A stretch of DNA of 64,000 bases from an uncultured Chloroflexia bacterium (GTDB taxonomy: Bacteria > Chloroflexota > Limnocylindria > Limnocylindrales > CSP1-4), in contig CAVWIK010000002.1 of the NCBI GenBank assembly GCA_963755115.1, positions 1,732,656 through 1,796,655 of the forward strand, written 5' to 3'. Below the pieces are notes generated by a model that was not told the DNA's origin, made no database searches, and saw nothing but the letters and a program-made list of their open reading frames with translations. This document shows, piece by piece, positions 59,494 to 64,000 of the stretch (position 1 is the stretch's first letter; each line of letters opens with the position of its first letter). The translations under genes were made by a program, and so were the position numbers.

Positions 59494-59760
59494 ATGGTCG
59501 ACGAAGTCCCACTCTTAGCAATCAGATCGGTTTCCGTGTCAGGGACTACCGTGGGCCACACGAGGATTACGGCGACGGAGCCGGAGAGACCTCAGACGAC
59601 CAACGCGACTCGGAGATCCGCGTTGTCGCTGGAGAGGGAACGCCGGTACTCGCACAGGGGTCGATGCCAGTCCGTGGCAAAGCACTGGGTCACCCCTCCT
59701 CACAAGGCAGACCCCGGAGACAACCGACGACCCCGGAGATCGATGACGGCCTGGGGCTAT
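59494..59760 (+). other. candidate precursor-peptide coding region upstream of the ATP-grasp ligase (reading frame unresolved)
   Basis: Frame 1: CAGGAGG, 6 nt, then ATG 59494 (MVDEVPLLAIRSVSVSGTTVGH..., 99 aa, runs to 59793). Frame 0: open from 59451 with an internal ATG at 59664 (MPVRGKALGHPSSQGRPRRQPTTPEIDDGLGL). Its TGA at 59758-59760 overlaps ATG 59759 of the ligase. Confidence 0.35.
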
Positions 59761-60687
59761 GAAACATCCGACAGTCGTGGTCGTTTCGTATGACGAGGAT
59801 GAGCACGGAACCTACTTAATTCGCCTGCTGCAGGAACGCGGCGTTGACGCAATTCGTGTCTCCTATGACGACGCCGTGCGCGCCCGCTGACCTGGGATAC
59901 ACTTAGTTCAGGAATTGGATTCGGTGGTCTCGACGGATCCAATGTCGCGGGGATCTGGCGACGGGCAGGAACGCTGACCATCGGCGGCGTGAAGCCTGAA
60001 TACGCGACGTTTGCAATGAGTGAGTGGAAAGACGCGTTCGAAGGCGCCCTGGCGGCGGCGCCCGTTGCATGGCTGTCGACTCTGGGAGCGATGCGCCACG
60101 CGGAGCTAAAGCTAGTTCAGCTCGCCTCCGCGCAGCGACTCGGGATTCCGTATCCACGGACTCTCGTGACCAATGACCCGCCCGCTGCCCGCCGCTTTGC
60201 AACTGCTCATGCGACGGTCGTCAAGCCGATCAGATATGGCCTTGTGTCTCTTGAGCCTCCGCGCATGGCGTGGACCCGCGACATCTTGCCCGATGAACTC
60301 ACCGCAATCGACGGTCCACCAATCATGCTTCAAGAGCGGGTTTCGGTCGATTATCACTTGCGAGTAGTCACTGTTGGCTCGATCGCCTTCCCATCCAAGC
60401 TCAGAACCGATGCCTTGGATTGGCGTTCGGATGAGGCCAATCACGACCGCTTCCGTTCGTCGATGGAGTCGAGAGACCGCGCCACTGCCGAGGCCGCGTG
60501 CAAGTTGGCGTCGACTCTGAACCTCGGTTTCTCAGCGCAGGATTGGGTTGTGGATCGCGATGGCAGTGAGTACTTTCTCGATCTGAATCCGAATGGGCAA
60601 TGGATGTTCCTCGACCCAGCATGGGAAGGAGCAATCGGAATCGCGATGGCGGCCAAGCTGGAGGCGTTGACGACATGCCGGGCATAG
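59759..60687 (+). pseudogene. MdnC/MvdD-type ATP-grasp peptide maturase (graspetide ligase family), one frame break between 59848 and 59888
   Basis: It is colinear with MdnC as I recall it. MKHPTVVVVSYDEDEHGTYLIRLLQERGVDAIRVSYDD is in one frame. AGIWRR...HAELKLVQLASAQRLGIPYPRTLVTNDPPAARRF...LQERVSVDYHLRVVTVG...LDWRSDE...FSAQDWVVDRDGSEYFLDLNPNGQWMFLD is in ORF 59989-60687. Confidence 0.7.
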
Positions 60688-61326
60688 CTCGTCGAATTGC
60701 GGCATACCTACTTAACGACGCCGCAACTGCTGAGGCCCTTGATCCAGTTCCGTTAGGAAATCCGCCGCAGTGGCTCGTTGATGCGACTGGAGACCAAGAC
60801 CGCGCGACATACGCGGTGGAGGTCTCAACCAAGAGCGTCGAACTCGCCGATGCTGCCGTCGACGGGTTGCAGGCGAAAGCATCGAGTCACCTCACGTTTC
60901 TGCTGGCGCTGGTCCCGTTCGCCCTGGCTGCAACAGCGCTAAGCCTCCCTCCGTCCTCGTCGCCAAGCCTCGGCCGGATGACAGCGTTTCTGATTTTCTG
61001 CGTGGCAGACGCGTCGCTGCTAGTTGGGGTGGTCTTGGCTTCGCTGGCGGGGGGACTGGTTCTCCGAGGGGGTATCAGCCTCGACCGACTCGGAAACCTC
61101 GCCGACGAGATGGCCACTGATTCACCTAGAGATCCAATCGCCGCATTGAAGGCCGCCCAGGCTGAAGCGCTTCGTTACGCCGCCCTAAATTCGTACTCTG
61201 CGGGCGTCCGCGTCGGCAGCGATCTTTTACGCGGCTAAACGATTCACGTTCATCGCGCTTCTGCTCGCAACAATCGCGGTGATCGTTCTAGTTCTGGCCG
61301 GCGGTGGGCTAGACGTGTTTCGCTAG
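60675..61326 (+). pseudogene. hypothetical 3-TM membrane protein, frame break near 61228-61236
   Basis: ATG 60675 overlaps the ligase 3' end by 13 nt. The protein has a ~90-aa soluble N-terminus and two TM helices (LTFLLALVPFALAATALSL and FLIFCVADASLLVGVVLASLAGGLVL). A third TM helix (FTFIALLLATIAVIVLVLAGG) appears after a +1 shift, ending at TAG 61324-61326. Confidence 0.45.
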
Positions 61327-61500
61327 GCCAGACATAACTCACCTTATCGGAAGTAGTCTGTAGCCTCGGATGTAGCGTCCCGACCGAGTTTGCAGATCGC
61401 GCCACCGCCTTCGGGGTGTCGGAGCGCCTGGTGAAGCAGGCCGGTGGACCGTGGTCTCGCCGGATGTCGGAGAGCTGCCGACAGCTACACGGCGCCACGC

Positions 61501-61549
61501 TTGCACTCCTCCGATCGGTGTGGTACAACACTGAACCACATGGTTCAGT
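61501..61549 (+). promoter_or_regulatory. putative promoter (TTGCAC-17-TACAAC) and 9-2-9 palindrome ACTGAACCA-CA-TGGTTCAGT (61530-61549) centred on the ArsR start codon
   Basis: The perfect inverted repeat contains ATG 61540. It shares the AACC-n-GGTT core with the operator at 22211-22234. Confidence 0.5.
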
Positions 61550-61905
61550 ATGTCAGGGCCCGCTTCGATGCCTCGTTCGCTGCGCTCTCGGACGCCACAC
61601 GACGTGGTGTTCTGGAGCAGCTCGGCCGTGGGGACGCTTCGATCACGGAGCTTGCCGAGATGCATCACATGACGCTCACCGGCATGAAGAAGCATGTCGG
61701 CGTCCTGGAGCAGGCAGGGCTCGTCGCGACTGAGAAGGTCGGGCGGGTGCGGACCTGCACCCTCGGCCCGCGCCGGCTGGAGGAAGAGGCGGCGTGGATC
61801 GAGAGGTACCGCCAGCTCTGGGACGCACGCTTCGACGAGCTGGACAAGGTTGTCGAGGAACTGCAACGGAGGGAGAACGTCGATGGACGCAACAAGAGCG
61901 AGTGA
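61540..61905 (+). CDS. ArsR/SmtB-family transcriptional regulator
   Basis: MVQYVRARFDASFAALSDATRRGVLEQLGRGDASITELAEMHHMTLTGMKKHVGVLEQAGLV. Confidence 0.85.
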   Translation: MVQYVRARFDASFAALSDATRRGVLEQLGRGDASITELAEMHHMTLTGMKKHVGVLEQAGLVATEKVGRVRTCTLGPRRLEEEAAWIERYRQLWDARFDELDKVVEELQRRENVDGRNKSE

Positions 61906-62386
61906 GCTTGCCCCCATGAAGGACCGCACGACGGTGGAGCGGACGTCCGAGCGTGAGCTCGTCGTCACGCGAACGTTCAACGGCCCGGCGCGCCTGGTGT
62001 TCGAGGCGTGGACCAAGCCCGAGCTGTTCAGGCAGTGGTGGGTGCCGAAGTCGATGGGCATGTCCCTGCGTTCCTGTGAGATGGATGTTCGTGTCGGGGG
62101 CAAGTACCGTCTCGAGTTCGAACCCGATGCTGTGGCGTTCTTCGGCACGTACCAGGAAGTGACACCGCACTCGCGCCTCGTCTGGACCAACGAGGAAAGT
62201 GACGAGAGTTCCGTCACGACGGTGACCTTCGAGGACAGAGGCGGCAAGACGTTGCTGGTCATGCACGAGCTGTATCCCTCGAAGGAAGCGCTCGACGCTG
62301 CCGGCACCGGGGCGGCTGATGCGATGGGAGAGTCATTCGCGCAACTGGACGACCTGCTCACCACCCTGAGCGTGGACGGTCACTGA
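61883..62386 (+). CDS. SRPBCC/AHSA1-family protein
   Basis: Contains ELVVTRTFNGPARLVFEAWTKPELFRQWW and GKYRLEF. The start is ATG 61883 or ATG 61916. Confidence 0.8.
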   Translation: MDATRASELAPMKDRTTVERTSERELVVTRTFNGPARLVFEAWTKPELFRQWWVPKSMGMSLRSCEMDVRVGGKYRLEFEPDAVAFFGTYQEVTPHSRLVWTNEESDESSVTTVTFEDRGGKTLLVMHELYPSKEALDAAGTGAADAMGESFAQLDDLLTTLSVDGH

Positions 62387-62430
62387 CGTCGTCGATGTCG
62401 CGACGCGCCCGGTGAGGAAAGGACGTGGGG

Positions 62431-62961
62431 ATGGCCAAGTTGGTGTTCGGAATGAACCAGTCCCTGGACGGCTACGTCGACCATACGGCGTTTGCGCCAG
62501 GTCCCGCGCTCTTCCGCCACTTCATCGAGGAGGCTCAGGCGCAGGCGGGCAGTGTGTACGGGCGCCGCATGTACGAGGTCATGCGGTACTGGGACGACGA
62601 TGATCCCGGATGGGGTACCGACGAACGCGCCTTCGCGGCGGCGTGGCGGAACGCGCCCAAATGGGTCGCCTCGCGCTCGTTGACGTCGGTCGGTCCCAAC
62701 GCCACGCTCGTTGGCGATGACCTCGAGGGCGTGATCCGCGAGCTGAAGGCCGAGCGCGACGGAGAGATCGAAGTCGCCGGCCCGGCTCTGGCCCAAAGCC
62801 TCACCGAACTTGGCCTGATCGACGAGTATCGGATCTACCTGCACCCGGTCGTGCTCGGCACCGGCAAGCCATATTTCGCCGGACCTCGGCCACCGCTCCG
62901 ACTCATGACGAGTGATCGGATCGATGAGGACGTGATCAGGTTGACGTACGTTCCTGCCTGA
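62431..62961 (+). CDS. dihydrofolate reductase-family (RibD C-terminal domain) protein
   Basis: Starts MAKLVFGMNQSLDGYV and contains EIEVAGPALAQSLTELGLIDEYRIYLHPVVLGTGKPYF. GAGGAAAGGA lies upstream. Paralog of 45666-46268. Confidence 0.8.
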   Translation: MAKLVFGMNQSLDGYVDHTAFAPGPALFRHFIEEAQAQAGSVYGRRMYEVMRYWDDDDPGWGTDERAFAAAWRNAPKWVASRSLTSVGPNATLVGDDLEGVIRELKAERDGEIEVAGPALAQSLTELGLIDEYRIYLHPVVLGTGKPYFAGPRPPLRLMTSDRIDEDVIRLTYVPA

Positions 62962-63215
62962 CCGGACGTTTCCGGCCCGCGTGTCGCGACACGTGGGTCG
63001 TTTGCGAAACTGCAATGCGTTCCCGCCCGAGATGTCGCCTTGGCGCGATGCAGACCGGCCCGAAAGGCGACTAGCATCGGAGCGAACCCAGACGCCTGAC
63101 GAGGATCCCAGCTGAGCCAAGAGACAACGTCGCCGCCGAGGAGGGCTCGCGGCGCGTCAGAGACGGCCATCCCGACGACATCGACGCCGTCGATCGGCGC
63201 GCGCCCGCGACCGAG

Positions 63216-64000
63216 ACGAGCCTCGATGGCGGCGTCGGTCGGCGCCATCCGGCGCGTGGACCCGTTCCGTGGCATCCATCCGCTGCTCTTCGGCGCGTAT
63301 CCGATCTTGTTCCTCTGGTCGCAGAACGTCGATGAGGTCGGCCCGGCCGACGTCGGGGACGCCTTCCGCCGCGCGGTCCCGATCCTGCTCGTGGCCACCG
63401 CGCTGCTCTGGGCGGTCTTCCGGGACCGGCGGCGCGGGGCGCTGATCGTGACCCCGGTGGCGCTCGGCTTCCTGCTCTTCGGCCAGTTCGCTCGTCTCCA
63501 CGTCCCGGCCCAGCTCGAGACGGCGGTCTGGGTCGGACTGGTGGTCATCGCGCTCGTCGCCGCGATCACGCTCAGCCAGAAGTGGCTGGCGCGGGTCGAT
63601 ACCGCGCTCCTGCGCATCGCCGCCATCCTGGTCGCGGTCACCCTCGTCTCGATCGTGCCGACGGAGGTGGAGGGGGTCCTGGGCGCCAAGACCGTCCCCG
63701 CCACCGGAGGCGGCCTGCCGACGGTCACGGCGGCGCCCAAGCGCGACGTGTACTGGCTGATCTTCGACCGGTACGGCTCCGACCGCTCGCTGCAGCTCCA
63801 GTACGGGGTCGCCAACCCGCTGACGCCGTGGCTGCGCGACCACGGCTTCGATGTCCTGGCCGACAGCCATGCCGATTACGTCGGCACGGCCCAGTCGATC
63901 GCGACGACGATGAACATGACCCCGCTGGACAAGCTCCTCCCGTACGTCACGAAGACGAGCCCGAACTACTCGCCGATCTACATGGCCATCCAGTCCTCGC
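63216..64000 (+). CDS. membrane-anchored sulfatase / alkaline-phosphatase-superfamily (LTA-synthase-like) protein, 3' end outside window
   Basis: Not in the ORF track because it has no stop in the window. ATG 63216 gives MAASVGAIRRVDPFRGIHPLLFGAYPILFLWSQN..., 4-5 TM helices, then KRDVYWLIFDRYGSDRSL. Confidence 0.6.

Noticed and set aside
1-64000. CRISPR arrays, rRNA, transposases, integrases, phage structural genes
   Set aside because: I looked for regularly spaced direct repeats and for DDE, tyrosine or serine recombinase motifs on both strands and saw none. The only tandem repeats are the 51-bp duplication in the VanW gene and a GCCGAC hexamer run.

Overview
High-G+C segment that looks actinobacterial. 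Spot counts of single 60-nt lines give 73 % G+C at 2161-2220, against 55 % at 50221-50280 and 60361-60420. I read about 75 protein-coding loci on both strands. I recognised no rRNA, tRNA, CRISPR array, transposase or integrase.

The content is mostly accessory redox and stress functions:
- Many flavin/F420-type enzymes: 3 PPOX-like, 5 luciferase-like (LLM) and 2 DDN-like genes.
- Three ArsR + SRPBCC gene pairs, each with its own palindromic operator.
- Two paralogous histidine-kinase / NarL-type regulator / ABC-2 transporter modules.
- VOC, ABM, MDR and RibD_C-type paralog pairs.
- An aadA-like nucleotidyltransferase, a stand-alone LigD-type ligase, an Rv1264-like adenylate cyclase and several lipoproteins.

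Five features stand out:
1. A lower-GC three-gene module at 59.45-61.33 kb. It has an MdnC/MvdD-type ATP-grasp peptide ligase, a short upstream ORF and a downstream 3-TM protein. This is a candidate graspetide-like RiPP locus.
2. A 1483-aa protein at 6780-11231 that fuses an expanded FAD oxidase to six tandem Ig-like repeats and has no signal peptide.
3. A ~270-nt tract of C/G homopolymers at 21098-21370.
4. A decayed lower-GC patch at 48.85-50.7 kb carrying an XRE remnant and a HEPN-motif gene.
5. A very uneven distribution of single-nucleotide frame breaks. I saw none in the first 13 kb, about one per affected gene from 13 to 43 kb, and several per gene from 44 to 59 kb.

The frame breaks mean either a patchy-quality assembly or real gene decay. 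Coordinates of the broken genes are my reconstructions across frames.
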